A DNA stretch of 64,000 nt from an uncultured Syntrophobacterales bacterium (GTDB lineage Bacteria > Desulfobacterota > Binatia > UBA9968 > JAJDTQ01). Positions 1-9,175 of this stretch are shown in pieces; the stretch's first letter is position 1; each line of letters starts with the position of its first letter. Position numbers and translations under genes: made by a program. The notes beneath the pieces were generated by a model. It worked only from the letters and a program-made list of their open reading frames with translations. It was not told the DNA's origin and did not search any database. The stretch lies in contig CAYTMJ010000020.1 in NCBI GenBank assembly GCA_964438895.1, positions 30,408 to 94,407 on the forward strand. Direction: 5' to 3'.

Positions 1-486
1 ACCAGTGCGATTATGGTGACCCATGATCAGGAGGAGGCGCTAGCGGTGGCTGATCGGGTGGGCGTGCTTAACCACGGCTTTCTCGAGCAGCTCTCTGAGC
101 CGGAAGTGTTATACCGCCGACCAAATTCACGATTCGTTGCGGAGTTTGTGGGCCAGTCAGATTTCATCCCGGGCGTTGTAAGGGAAGCCGTCGAAACAGA
201 GGTGGGAGAATTTCCCAACGATGGAGGTTTGCCTGCCGGGGCTAGGGTCGATCTTTTGGTACGGCCAGACGAGGTTGAGGTCGAACCCTCCGATGACGCA
301 CACGGCGTAGTGGCGTGGCGGCGGTTTCGCGGTGCTGAGAGCCTGTACCACCTTGTCTTGCGATCAGGCGTGCGAATCCGCAGCATGCAGCCGTCCACCC
401 GCCGTCTCCCCCCTGGTGCTCGGGTGAAGGTTACCATTCGTCCCGCTAATGTCATTGTGTTCCCCTGTAGTGACACGTCGCTCTAA
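1..486 (+). CDS. ABC transporter ATP-binding subunit, C-terminal part (PotA/FbpC/CysA-like); the 5' end lies outside the window
   Basis: Frame 1 is open from nt 1. The translation TSAIMVTHDQEEALAVADRVGVLNHGFLEQ is the D-loop/switch-His region of ABC ATPases. It is followed by a TOBE-like C-terminal tail and the stop TAA 484-486. Confidence 0.8.
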   Translation, partial: TSAIMVTHDQEEALAVADRVGVLNHGFLEQLSEPEVLYRRPNSRFVAEFVGQSDFIPGVVREAVETEVGEFPNDGGLPAGARVDLLVRPDEVEVEPSDDAHGVVAWRRFRGAESLYHLVLRSGVRIRSMQPSTRRLPPGARVKVTIRPANVIVFPCSDTSL

Positions 487-606
487 TGATTGACATTACA
501 AGTGAAATCTGGAGGAATGAAAGGCTATGGTGGTCTCCATGGCGTTGGCGTGGTGGCCTTTTTGTCGTTTCGGGGCGGATGAATCGTGGAACATTCGGGG
601 AGTCCG

Positions 607-1524
607 ATGTCTGTGAGGAGTGAAAAAATATGGGTTGACGGGAAGTTTGTGGACTGGGACGACGCCAAGTTCCACGTGATGAGTCACGGGCTCCATTACG
701 GCACCGGTTACTTCGAAGGGATCCGCTGCTATTGGCTCGACGAGGAGCGATCAGCGGTCTTCCGGCTGGATGAGCACGTCCAACGCCTAGGGAATTCGGG
801 GCATATCCTAGGCTGTCCGTTGCCGTATAGCGCCGAGCAGATGACGGAAGCCGTGCTGGAAGTGATTCGGATCAATCGCCTGAAGGAGTGCTATATTCGC
901 CCGCTAGCGTTTCTGGGTGACGGGGAGATGGGGCTTTACGCGCTCGATAACCCTGTGCGGGTAATAGTGGCGGCTTGGGCGTGGGGGGCGTATTTGGGTG
1001 ACGAAGGGCTCAAGCGGGGTATCCGCGCTAAAGTGTCTTCCTACACGCGGCATCATGTCAATGTGATGATGACCAATAGCAAGATCTCCGGAAACTATGT
1101 GAACTCGGTGCTAGCCAAACACGAGGCAAAACTCGCCGGATACGATGAAGCCATCATGCTCGACCCTGAGGGATGCATCTCCGAGGCGAGCGGAGAGAAC
1201 CTGTTTATTGTTAAGGATGGGCAGTTGAGGACAGCGCCTATCACTTCCATTCTTCCTGGTATCAACCGGGCGAGTGTCATCGACCTTGCCCAGGAAAAAG
1301 GATACCAGGTAAAAGAGGAGCGGTTTGCCCGGGACACTCTCTACATTGCCGACGAGGCATTTCTCACCGGGACTGCGGCCGAGGTGACCCCTATCAGGGA
1401 AGTAGACGATCGAATCATTGGCGACGGAAAGCCTGGGCCCGTGACTCTTGATCTGCAGCAGGCTTTCTTCGACGTCATACGAGGCCGGGACGAACGCTAT
1501 CGCCATTGGCTGACGCTTGTGTGA
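607..1524 (+). CDS. ilvE: branched-chain amino acid aminotransferase (class IV)
   Basis: Motifs GLHYGTGYFEGIRCY and SKISGNYVNSVLAK (PLP-lysine region) are present. I prefer ATG 607, with GGGGAG 594-599 upstream, over the GTG at 586 in the ORF track. Confidence 0.9.
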   Translation: MSVRSEKIWVDGKFVDWDDAKFHVMSHGLHYGTGYFEGIRCYWLDEERSAVFRLDEHVQRLGNSGHILGCPLPYSAEQMTEAVLEVIRINRLKECYIRPLAFLGDGEMGLYALDNPVRVIVAAWAWGAYLGDEGLKRGIRAKVSSYTRHHVNVMMTNSKISGNYVNSVLAKHEAKLAGYDEAIMLDPEGCISEASGENLFIVKDGQLRTAPITSILPGINRASVIDLAQEKGYQVKEERFARDTLYIADEAFLTGTAAEVTPIREVDDRIIGDGKPGPVTLDLQQAFFDVIRGRDERYRHWLTLV

Positions 1525-1536
1525 TGGTCGGTAGGC

Positions 1537-2256
1537 TCAGCACCGCTCGTTCCAGCTTCGGGCCGAATACTTCTGTTCCACCAGTGATGTAACAACGTCT
1601 GTCGGAATCCTGGTGCTTTCGGGCGTCGCATTCCAGAAGCGCGCCAGCAGCGCTTTGATGCGCGCGGCGGGCTGACGCAGGTTGGTGACGAACTTCCTGT
1701 GAGGGCGCTCCCGACGGTAAAGAGGCATTCTCGGGGGGTTCAGCAGGACATCATCCATCAGTGGGATCGGGAAGTCCAACAGGAACGTTCCGTGGAACAA
1801 CAGGAAGCGCCGGCGCCGGCGTTGTGCGTTGCCGGAGAACTTATACTCCCCCACTGCCAAGTCTGTGGTGCCCTGGTGTCGGATGGGGAGGCCCGTAGCG
1901 TCCGCCAACAGGCGTGCGTGGCGCCGCATGATGAAGGTGTTGGTAGAGTCGATTCGTTGTAGCGCGTTGTCGCCGGCGATGCGTAAGATGAGTGCATAGC
2001 TAAGACAGCCGGGTCCCTGGACGATGGTTCCACCGCCGCTACACCGTCGCAGAACGGGAATCCGTCGAGCGGCGCATGCGGGCACGTTGACCTCACGTTC
2101 TTGTCGGCTGGCAATCCCAAGCACCACGAAAGGCTCGGGGAACTCCCAGAACCGGAGGATTTCCTTGCCCTGATGCTCTTCGCAGTGGTCGAGTAGCGCC
2201 TCGTCGTAGGCTAGGTTGGCTTCGGGTGTCGGTAGCGTAAGGTCAAGGAGCTGCAT
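1537..2256 (-). CDS. lipoate-protein ligase family protein (single catalytic domain, LplA/LipL-like)
   Basis: The 239-aa ORF carries RCSGGGTIVQGPGCLSYAL and KFSGNAQ (the conserved Lys of the BPL/LplA/LipB fold). It has no LplA C-terminal accessory domain. Confidence 0.8.
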   Translation of the reverse strand: MQLLDLTLPTPEANLAYDEALLDHCEEHQGKEILRFWEFPEPFVVLGIASRQEREVNVPACAARRIPVLRRCSGGGTIVQGPGCLSYALILRIAGDNALQRIDSTNTFIMRRHARLLADATGLPIRHQGTTDLAVGEYKFSGNAQRRRRRFLLFHGTFLLDFPIPLMDDVLLNPPRMPLYRRERPHRKFVTNLRQPAARIKALLARFWNATPESTRIPTDVVTSLVEQKYSARSWNERC

Positions 2257-2332
2257 TGCGGATCCGTGTCGGGTTCCAGAGAAACGCGCCCGGGTGCTGT
2301 CCCGGAGCTAACTCGCGTCGCTTCAAAAGGGC

Positions 2333-2402
2333 TTGACACTCATAGGGAGCGATGCATATGTTGCCCGGCACGTGTTGCTTACGCAAACGTTTTTGTAATA
2401 TT
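2333..2402 (+). promoter_or_regulatory. candidate sigma70-type promoter region for the pyruvate dehydrogenase operon
   Basis: One candidate is TTGACA 2333-2338 with TATGTT at 2357-2362 (18-nt spacer). A second is TTGCTT 2375-2380 with TGtAATATT around 2394-2402. No SD is visible before ATG 2413. Confidence 0.3.
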
Positions 2403-2412
2403 CCTGAAACTT

Positions 2413-5157
2413 ATGAGCGCTAAGGAATCCAAAGCCCCCGTCGATCCCTGGACGGAGGGAAAGAGCCGCGCTGGCACGGAGCCTGGTGAGGGCACGGACG
2501 TGTCCGGCCCTGGTGCATCCCAGAATGATGGATGGCTCGATTCCCTGGAAAACCTGTTCGGAGAGGTGGTCAGGAGAAAGGGTCCAGACCACGTAGACTT
2601 CCTTTTGGGTCAATTTGTAGGGCGCATCCGAGCCCGGCAGCGCGCTGCTTCGACGCTCAACACTCCATATGTCAACACCATCGCGCGAGAGCATGAGCCC
2701 GGGTACCCTGGCGATCGCCGGATCGAACGCCAGGTAAAGAGCTATGTCCGTTGGAATGCTATGGCTATGGTGGTGAAAGCCAATCGCGTTCACGCGGGTA
2801 TTGGTGGCCATATTTCCACATACGCCTCCGCGGCGAATCTCTACGAAGTCGGCTTTAATCATTTCTTCCGCGGGGGCGATGACGACGCGCCGGGGGATCT
2901 AGTCTACTTTCAGGGCCATGCGTCGCCTGGAAATTATGCTCGTGCCTACGTGGAGCATCGTCTTAGTGCGCGCAAGCTCCACCTGTTCAGGCAAGAGCTG
3001 GCTAAGGGAGGCGGATTGCCTTCGTACCCCCATCCCCATCTGATGCCAGACTTCTGGCAGTTTCCCTCGGTGTCTATGGGCCTAGCGCCGATTATGTCCA
3101 TCTACCAGGCCCGTTTCGGGCGCTATCTGTTGGCTCGGGATCTGATGGCCCGGGAGTCGCGGGTGTGGTGTTTCCTTGGAGACGGAGAAACCGACGAGCC
3201 GGAGTCCACCGGAGCTCTGTCCCTGGCCGCGCGGGAAAACCTTGACAACCTCGTTTGGGTCGTCAACTGCAACTTGCAGCGACTGGACGGACCGGTGCGC
3301 GGCAATGGTAAGATCATCCAGGAACTGGAGGGCGTCTTCCGGGGCGCCGGATGGAACGTCATCAAGGTCATCTGGGGCTCAGACTGGGACCCGTTGCTTG
3401 AGGCCGATTCCAAAGGTCTTCTGGTAGAGCGGATGGAGAAGGCGGTAGATGGGGACTACCAGAAGTATTCAGTGGCCCCGGGGAGCTATACGCGAAAGCA
3501 CTTTTTTGGCACCCATCCTGAGTTGTTGGAGATGGTGAACCATCTTAGCGACGAGGAGATTCGCAGGCTTACAAGGGGTGGCCATGATCCCCAGAAAGTA
3601 CACGCGGCATACAGCGCCGCCATCCGCCACAAGGGTAAGCCCACTGTGATTTTGGCGAAGACGGTGAAGGGGTATGGACTCGGTGAGGCGGGCGAAGGGC
3701 GCAATATCACCCATCAGCAGAAGGCGCTTAACGAGAAAGAGTTACGTGACTTCCGTTCCCGGTTCGGTGTACCGCTGTCAGATGAAGAGGTGGTGGAGAC
3801 GCCCTTTTACCGGCCTCCCGTCGACAGCGAAGAAACTCGCTATCTACTGGAACGACGTAGGAGCCTCGGGGGATTCCTGCCCAGGCGCAAGGGAAAAGCA
3901 AAAGTGTCGGGGTTACCCCAAGTGGCAACTTATCAGGAGTTTCACAAGGGCTCCGCTGAGACACGAGTCTCTACTACCATGGCGTTTGCGAGGCTGTTAA
4001 GCAAGCTTCTGCGGGACCCTGGGATTGGTGGAAAGATCGTGCCTATTATTCCGGACGAAGCCCGCACTTTCGGAATGGACACGTTGTTTCGTCAGGTGGG
4101 CATTTACTCGTCCAAGGGGCAACTCTACGAGCCGGTAGACCGGGAGACCCTACTGTACTATCAGGAGGCACCAGACGGCCAGCTCCTTGAAGAGGGAATC
4201 AGTGAAGCCGGAGCGATGTCCTCTTTCATCGCTGCGGGGACGGCTTATGCCAACTATGGCCTACCCATGATCCCGTTCTATACCTTCTACTCGATGTTCG
4301 GTTTCCAGCGAATTGGCGATCTTATGTGGGCTGCTGCGGATAGTAAGGCAAAAGGATTTCTGCTAGGAGCGACGGCCGGTCGTACAACGTTGAACGGAGA
4401 AGGCTTGCAGCACGCGGACGGTCATAGCCATCTACTTGCAAGTACGATTCCTCCCCTCCTGACGTACGATCCGGCCTTTGCGTACGAGGTGGCTGTAATC
4501 ATCCAGGAAGGCCTCAGGCGAATGTACCAGAAGAGCGAAGATGTCTTTTACTATCTCACGCTCTATAATGAGAACCACGAAATGCCCACCATGCCTCCCG
4601 GTGTGGAGGAAGGTATTCTCAAGGGCCTCTATAGGCTGAAAGGCGGTGAGCCGGGTTGTAAGCATCGCGCCCACCTGTTCGGCAGCGGTTCACTTCTGTT
4701 TGAAGCGTTGCGGGCCCAGGAGATCCTCGCACGCTTCGACGTAGGGGCTGACGTCTGGAGCGCTACTAGCTATAACTTGTTACGACGCGAAGCCCAGCAG
4801 GTTCAACGTTGGAACCTCCTGCATCCTGCAGAGGAGCCCCGCAAGTCGTACGTGGAAAACGTGCTGGAGCCGGAGGAGGGTGTCTTTGTAGCGGTGTCGG
4901 ACTACATGAAGATTGTTCCGGAGCAAATCGCCCCATGGGTGCCAGGGGGCCTGGTGGCTCTGGGGACTGATGGCTTCGGGCGCAGCGACACCCGCCCTCG
5001 GCTGCGCCGCTACTTTGAGGTGGATGCGGAGTCGGTGGCGATTGCAGCACTGTATGCCCTACACCGAAGGGGGCAAATTCGGAAATCGACCGTGTCCCGC
5101 GCTATGCGCGAGTTGCATTACAATGCCGCCAAGCCCTATCCGGAAATGGCCGTCTAA
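2413..5157 (+). CDS. aceE: pyruvate dehydrogenase E1 component, homodimeric type
   Basis: Motifs GGHISTYASAANLYEVGFNHFFRG and GDGETDEPES (ThDP-binding) match AceE-type E1. ATG 2413 (MSAKESK) is chosen; the GTG 2266 extension runs through the divergent promoter region. Confidence 0.9.
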   Translation: MSAKESKAPVDPWTEGKSRAGTEPGEGTDVSGPGASQNDGWLDSLENLFGEVVRRKGPDHVDFLLGQFVGRIRARQRAASTLNTPYVNTIAREHEPGYPGDRRIERQVKSYVRWNAMAMVVKANRVHAGIGGHISTYASAANLYEVGFNHFFRGGDDDAPGDLVYFQGHASPGNYARAYVEHRLSARKLHLFRQELAKGGGLPSYPHPHLMPDFWQFPSVSMGLAPIMSIYQARFGRYLLARDLMARESRVWCFLGDGETDEPESTGALSLAARENLDNLVWVVNCNLQRLDGPVRGNGKIIQELEGVFRGAGWNVIKVIWGSDWDPLLEADSKGLLVERMEKAVDGDYQKYSVAPGSYTRKHFFGTHPELLEMVNHLSDEEIRRLTRGGHDPQKVHAAYSAAIRHKGKPTVILAKTVKGYGLGEAGEGRNITHQQKALNEKELRDFRSRFGVPLSDEEVVETPFYRPPVDSEETRYLLERRRSLGGFLPRRKGKAKVSGLPQVATYQEFHKGSAETRVSTTMAFARLLSKLLRDPGIGGKIVPIIPDEARTFGMDTLFRQVGIYSSKGQLYEPVDRETLLYYQEAPDGQLLEEGISEAGAMSSFIAAGTAYANYGLPMIPFYTFYSMFGFQRIGDLMWAAADSKAKGFLLGATAGRTTLNGEGLQHADGHSHLLASTIPPLLTYDPAFAYEVAVIIQEGLRRMYQKSEDVFYYLTLYNENHEMPTMPPGVEEGILKGLYRLKGGEPGCKHRAHLFGSGSLLFEALRAQEILARFDVGADVWSATSYNLLRREAQQVQRWNLLHPAEEPRKSYVENVLEPEEGVFVAVSDYMKIVPEQIAPWVPGGLVALGTDGFGRSDTRPRLRRYFEVDAESVAIAALYALHRRGQIRKSTVSRAMRELHYNAAKPYPEMAV

Positions 5158-5175
5158 AGATTGGGCAATACCACT

Positions 5176-6447
5176 ATGGATGTAACGCTTCCTAAGCTGG
5201 CCGAAGGGGCTGACTCCGGCACCGTCGTCAATGTTGTGGTGACGGAAGGAGATCAAGTTCAACTTGATCAGACCCTTTTGGAGCTTGAGAATGAGAAGGC
5301 GGTGGCCCCTATCCCTTCCACTGGAGTTGGTAGGGTGGTCCGAATTCATGTCCAAGTGGGTCAGGCGGTATCTGTGGGTCAGGTGTTGGTGACCATTGAC
5401 GAGGGACGGACTGTGGAGTCAGACAAGTTTCCGGTTCCGGCCCCTGATCCTCCGGCGGCGCCAAAGGGGGAAGTGTCGGCGTCCCCTGAGCCGGGCGGCT
5501 ACGTCTATGTTTCGAGCGGGGGCGCACCGCCGCCGGCTTCACCGACGGTGCGGAAGATCGCGCGGGAACTGGGGGTTGATCTCGCCCGGGTAGAGGGTAG
5601 TCAGCGCGGGGGTCGTATTGTTATGGCCGACCTTCGAAGCTACATCCAGAGCATTCAGCAGCGTGCGCTTACGCCCCCTGCTTCTGTGATGGGACCCGCA
5701 GAAGGCCCCCTTCAGGCACTCGATCTGAGCAAGTGGGGGCCTAGCAAGCGGGAAAGGATGTCGCCGCTCCGGCGCACCATCGCTCAGCGGATGACCGAGT
5801 CCTGGACCACCGTTCCACACGTGACGCAGTTTGACGACGCCGACATCACGGACCTGATGGAAGCCAGAAAACGTTACGCCAAAGCCTACGAGACTGCGGG
5901 AGCCCGCTTGACCCTGACTTCCTTCGCTATCGGGGCTGCGGTATCAGCACTCGACAAATTTCCTGTGTTTAAGACGAGTGTTGACTATCAAGCGTTGGAA
6001 ATAGTCATCCGCGACTACGTCCACATCGGGGTGGCTGTCGACACTGAGGCGGGCCTGATCGCACCGGTGATTCGGGACGCAGACAAGAAGAACCTGTTGG
6101 TCCTGTCTAGAGAATTGGATGAGTTGGCGGAAAAGACTCGGCGGCGGAAGTTGACTGTGGACGAGATGCAAGGCGCGACGTTCACAATATCGAACCTTGG
6201 CAGCATCGGCGGCTCCCACTTTACGCCGATTGTAAACAGCCCTCAGGTGGCGGTTCTGGGCATGGGGCGGGGCATCAACCGGCCGGTGGTGCGGAACAAG
6301 AAGGTCGTGCCCCGGATGGTCTTGCCGCTCGCGCTCTCCTACGACCACCGGGTCATTGACGGGGCTGATGGAGCACGTTTTCTACGTGAGATGGTGCGCT
6401 GTCTAGAAAACTATCCTGAGGCAGATATTAAGTCAGCTGTTTCGTAG
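5176..6447 (+). CDS. aceF: dihydrolipoamide acetyltransferase E2 component (single lipoyl domain)
   Basis: The N-terminal lipoyl domain carries ELENEKAV (lipoyl Lys). A subunit-binding domain (PTVRKIARELGVDL) and the catalytic SYDHRVIDGADGARF motif follow. The start is ATG 5176 (MDVTLPKL). Confidence 0.9.
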   Translation: MDVTLPKLAEGADSGTVVNVVVTEGDQVQLDQTLLELENEKAVAPIPSTGVGRVVRIHVQVGQAVSVGQVLVTIDEGRTVESDKFPVPAPDPPAAPKGEVSASPEPGGYVYVSSGGAPPPASPTVRKIARELGVDLARVEGSQRGGRIVMADLRSYIQSIQQRALTPPASVMGPAEGPLQALDLSKWGPSKRERMSPLRRTIAQRMTESWTTVPHVTQFDDADITDLMEARKRYAKAYETAGARLTLTSFAIGAAVSALDKFPVFKTSVDYQALEIVIRDYVHIGVAVDTEAGLIAPVIRDADKKNLLVLSRELDELAEKTRRRKLTVDEMQGATFTISNLGSIGGSHFTPIVNSPQVAVLGMGRGINRPVVRNKKVVPRMVLPLALSYDHRVIDGADGARFLREMVRCLENYPEADIKSAVS

Positions 6448-6462
6448 TCAGTTAGGAGGCCC

Positions 6463-7920
6463 GTGGAAGCCATCAAAACGGAAATAGTCGTTGTCGGCGC
6501 CGGCCCAGGGGGCTATGCTGCTGCGTTCTATGCAGCGGATCTGGGAAAGCGAGTTCTTCTGGTGGAACGGGCTGAGCGCCTTGGGGGGGTCTGCCTCAAC
6601 CGCGGCTGTATTCCGTCCAAGGCCCTTCTTCACGCGACAGAGGTGATCGATGAGGTAGCGCTATCAGCAGCACGTGGCGTTGTCTTTGGGAAGCCTAGAG
6701 TGAAGCTCGAGAAGCTACGTGAGTGGAAGGAATCCGTCATCGACAAGCTTGCGCGGGGGCTGGATGGGCTGTGTTCGCGGAGAGGTGTCCAACGGCTCCA
6801 TGGCCGGGGCCACTTCGAAGATTCTAGGACCCTGCGTGTAGAGACCCCCGAAGGTCAGCAGTTCATCAACTACGAAAAGGCCATCATCGCGGTTGGATCC
6901 AAGCCGTCGATGCCCGCGGCTTTCGATCTGGGGAACCGGCGCATCATGACGTCCACCGAAGCTTTGGAGTTGGCGGATGTTCCGGGCCGCCTGCTGGTGG
7001 TGGGTGGCGGTTACATCGGTATGGAGCTAGGGACGGTCTATGCTCGCTTAGGGAGCGAGATCGTTTTGGTTGAAGCACTGGAGCACCTGCTCCCAGGGGT
7101 GGACACGGACCTTGCTCGACCCGTGGCTAAGGTGGCGGAGTCACTGTTCAAGGAGGTGCGCCTCAAGACTTCAGTGCAACGCATGGCCACCAGCGGTAGA
7201 AAGATCAAGGTGGCCATGGAAGTCAACGGCTCCGGCCGCGAGGAGACATACGACCGGGTACTCGTTAGCGTGGGGCGTACGCCAAGCTACGAGGATCTGG
7301 GGCTTGAGAACACCGGGGTGAAAATCGGAACCAACGGCTTCATTGAGTGTAACGATCAACAGCAGACCGCTGATTCCGCGATATATGCCATCGGTGATGC
7401 CAACGGTGGTGCGTTGTTGGCTCATCGGGCAACCAAGGAGGCACGCGTGGCGGTGGAGGTCATCGCTGGCGAGCCCAGTACGATAGCCGATGTCGTGATC
7501 CCAGCCGTGGTCTTTACCGCGCCTGAGGTGGCCTGGTGTGGTCTCACCGAACAGGAGGCTAAGGTCGGGGAGGTCCCAGTTGAAATCGTCAAGTTCCCCT
7601 GGGGTGCCTCCGGAAGGGCGCTCACTCTCGATCGCCCCGAAGGCCTGACCAAATTGATTCTCGAGCCCGAGACGGAGCGTGTTCTGGGCGTGGGCATTTC
7701 CGGCGCCGGCGCCGGGGAGTTGATTGGCGAGGGGGTGCTGGCCATCGAGATGGGGGCCACTGCCCGGGATTTAGCTGAGTCTGTCCATCCACATCCTACG
7801 CTCTCCGAGACCCTCATGGAATGTGCCGAGGTTTTCTATGGGACGGCCGTTCACGCCCCACCGCGAAAACGGCCTCAGCGCAGTCCCAGAGCGGTTTCCG
7901 AAGAGGCGTCGGGCAATTAG
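6463..7920 (+). CDS. lpdA: dihydrolipoyl dehydrogenase E3
   Basis: Contains GAGPGGY (FAD binding), GGVCLNRGCIPSK (redox-active CxxxxC) and the C-terminal HPHPTLSE. GTG start. Confidence 0.92.
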   Translation: MEAIKTEIVVVGAGPGGYAAAFYAADLGKRVLLVERAERLGGVCLNRGCIPSKALLHATEVIDEVALSAARGVVFGKPRVKLEKLREWKESVIDKLARGLDGLCSRRGVQRLHGRGHFEDSRTLRVETPEGQQFINYEKAIIAVGSKPSMPAAFDLGNRRIMTSTEALELADVPGRLLVVGGGYIGMELGTVYARLGSEIVLVEALEHLLPGVDTDLARPVAKVAESLFKEVRLKTSVQRMATSGRKIKVAMEVNGSGREETYDRVLVSVGRTPSYEDLGLENTGVKIGTNGFIECNDQQQTADSAIYAIGDANGGALLAHRATKEARVAVEVIAGEPSTIADVVIPAVVFTAPEVAWCGLTEQEAKVGEVPVEIVKFPWGASGRALTLDRPEGLTKLILEPETERVLGVGISGAGAGELIGEGVLAIEMGATARDLAESVHPHPTLSETLMECAEVFYGTAVHAPPRKRPQRSPRAVSEEASGN

Positions 7921-8052
7921 CGCGCTTGACTTGGATCAGGCTATTTGTTAGCCAAAACAACCGGGTAGGGAGCCGTGGCCGTTGGCAGTTTGTGCGGGTC
8001 GAAGAGATGGAGCGGGTGCGGAGAGTACGCCAACATCCGTAGGAGGAAGTGA

Positions 8053-8316
8053 ATGACATACGTGATTGCGGAGCCCTGTGTTGACGTCAAGGACACGGCT
8101 TGTGTGGATGTTTGCCCGGTTGATTGCATCCACCCGACCAAGAACAACACCGAGATATTCGAGAAGGAGAATATGCTCTACATCGATCCGGAAGAGTGTA
8201 TCGACTGCGGTGCTTGCGAACCGGTCTGCCCCGTGGAGGCTATTTTCGAAGAAGCGGCGGTTCCTGAGAAGTGGCAGGCGTACACCCAGATGAACGCAGA
8301 CTGGTTTCAGAAATAG
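8053..8316 (+). CDS. fdxA: ferredoxin, 7Fe (3Fe-4S plus 4Fe-4S) FdxA-like
   Basis: Starts [22 protein letters not shown] and later carries [12 protein letters not shown], the characteristic Cys spacing. AGGAGG lies upstream of the ATG. Confidence 0.85.
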   Translation: MTYVIAEPCVDVKDTACVDVCPVDCIHPTKNNTEIFEKENMLYIDPEECIDCGACEPVCPVEAIFEEAAVPEKWQAYTQMNADWFQK

Positions 8317-8369
8317 TCACTTTTCGCTCCACCCCTTGTCCGACCTGCGATTTGGCGCAGATGTTCACC

Positions 8370-9014
8370 CTACTGCACAAGTTTCTCATACCCGAACGTC
8401 TGGTAAAATTCTTGTACTAGGAGAGATTTCACGGAGTCCATCTCTATGGTCTTCTCTGTCTCTTGTTCGATGGAGGTGACCTGCGCCCACTCCAGGCCGC
8501 ATGGTACGATCCTGCGAAAATAGTCTAAATCGGGCGCTACGTTAAGCGCGGCACCATGATAGGTGACACCGCGCTTAACGGCGATGCCGATGGCGCAGAT
8601 CTTCCGATCGTCAACCCATACGCCGGTAAAGGGCGGCCGCCGCCTTCCCTCTAGGCTGAATGACCGTAGCACCTCGATGATGACCTGTTCGAGTTTGTTA
8701 AGATATCGATGGACGGCGTGGCGCAGCTTGGATTCGAGATCGACAATTGGATAAGTGACGAGCTGTCCCGGCCCGTGGTAGGTCACATCTCCACCGCGGC
8801 TGGTGACGTGGACGGGGACTCCGCTCGAGTCGAGGATGTGGGCACGGGCCTCTCTCCGGCCCGTGGTAATAACGTGCGGATGTTCCACTAGTATGAGGCA
8901 ATCGTCTGTGGGCTCGCAAAGCTTCTCCTCGAGAATCTGTTCCTGGATGGCCAGCGCGGCCTCGTAGTTGAGGCGGTGTAGATCCTTGACGCGTAACGAG
9001 TGCGACATCGTCAC
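8370..9014 (-). CDS. lipB: octanoyltransferase (lipoyl(octanoyl) transferase)
   Basis: Motifs TYHGPGQLVTYPI and RKICAIGIAV (catalytic Lys/Cys region) are typical of LipB. Confidence 0.9.
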   Translation of the reverse strand: MTMSHSLRVKDLHRLNYEAALAIQEQILEEKLCEPTDDCLILVEHPHVITTGRREARAHILDSSGVPVHVTSRGGDVTYHGPGQLVTYPIVDLESKLRHAVHRYLNKLEQVIIEVLRSFSLEGRRRPPFTGVWVDDRKICAIGIAVKRGVTYHGAALNVAPDLDYFRRIVPCGLEWAQVTSIEQETEKTIEMDSVKSLLVQEFYQTFGYEKLVQ

Positions 9015-9073
9015 TGACGGATACCATATCGGCGAGGAAAGCCAAGCACCGAGGCGTTGTCGGCGTATGCTTG

Positions 9074-9102
9074 TTGACTCCCGGCCTCCCCCGCATTATG
9101 AA
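9074..9102 (+). promoter_or_regulatory. candidate sigma70 promoter of the cold-shock gene
   Basis: TTGACT 9074-9079, a 17-nt spacer, then TATGAA 9097-9102. This leaves a roughly 65-70 nt 5' UTR before GGAGG 9162-9166. Confidence 0.4.
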
Positions 9103-9175
9103 CGGGCCAGATGTTCTAGGCCGTATGGCGATTGAATCGAACGGGTCGCTAGCTTGGGAACGGAGGTTGGCGAAG

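Noticed and set aside
2266-2412. Upstream-extended starts offered by the ORF track: aceE GTG 2266, E2 TTG 5161, rph 12052, clpX 15691, lptG 21834, nusG 26106, rplA 27077, rplJ 27799, rpoB 28815, rpsC 43452, rplP 44137, rpsN 46340, secY 49028, rpoA 52836, trpF 56791 and rarA 62799.
   Set aside because: The extensions overlap upstream genes or promoter regions and add non-homologous residues ahead of well-known N-termini. Internal ATG/GTG codons with SD-like sequences fit better.
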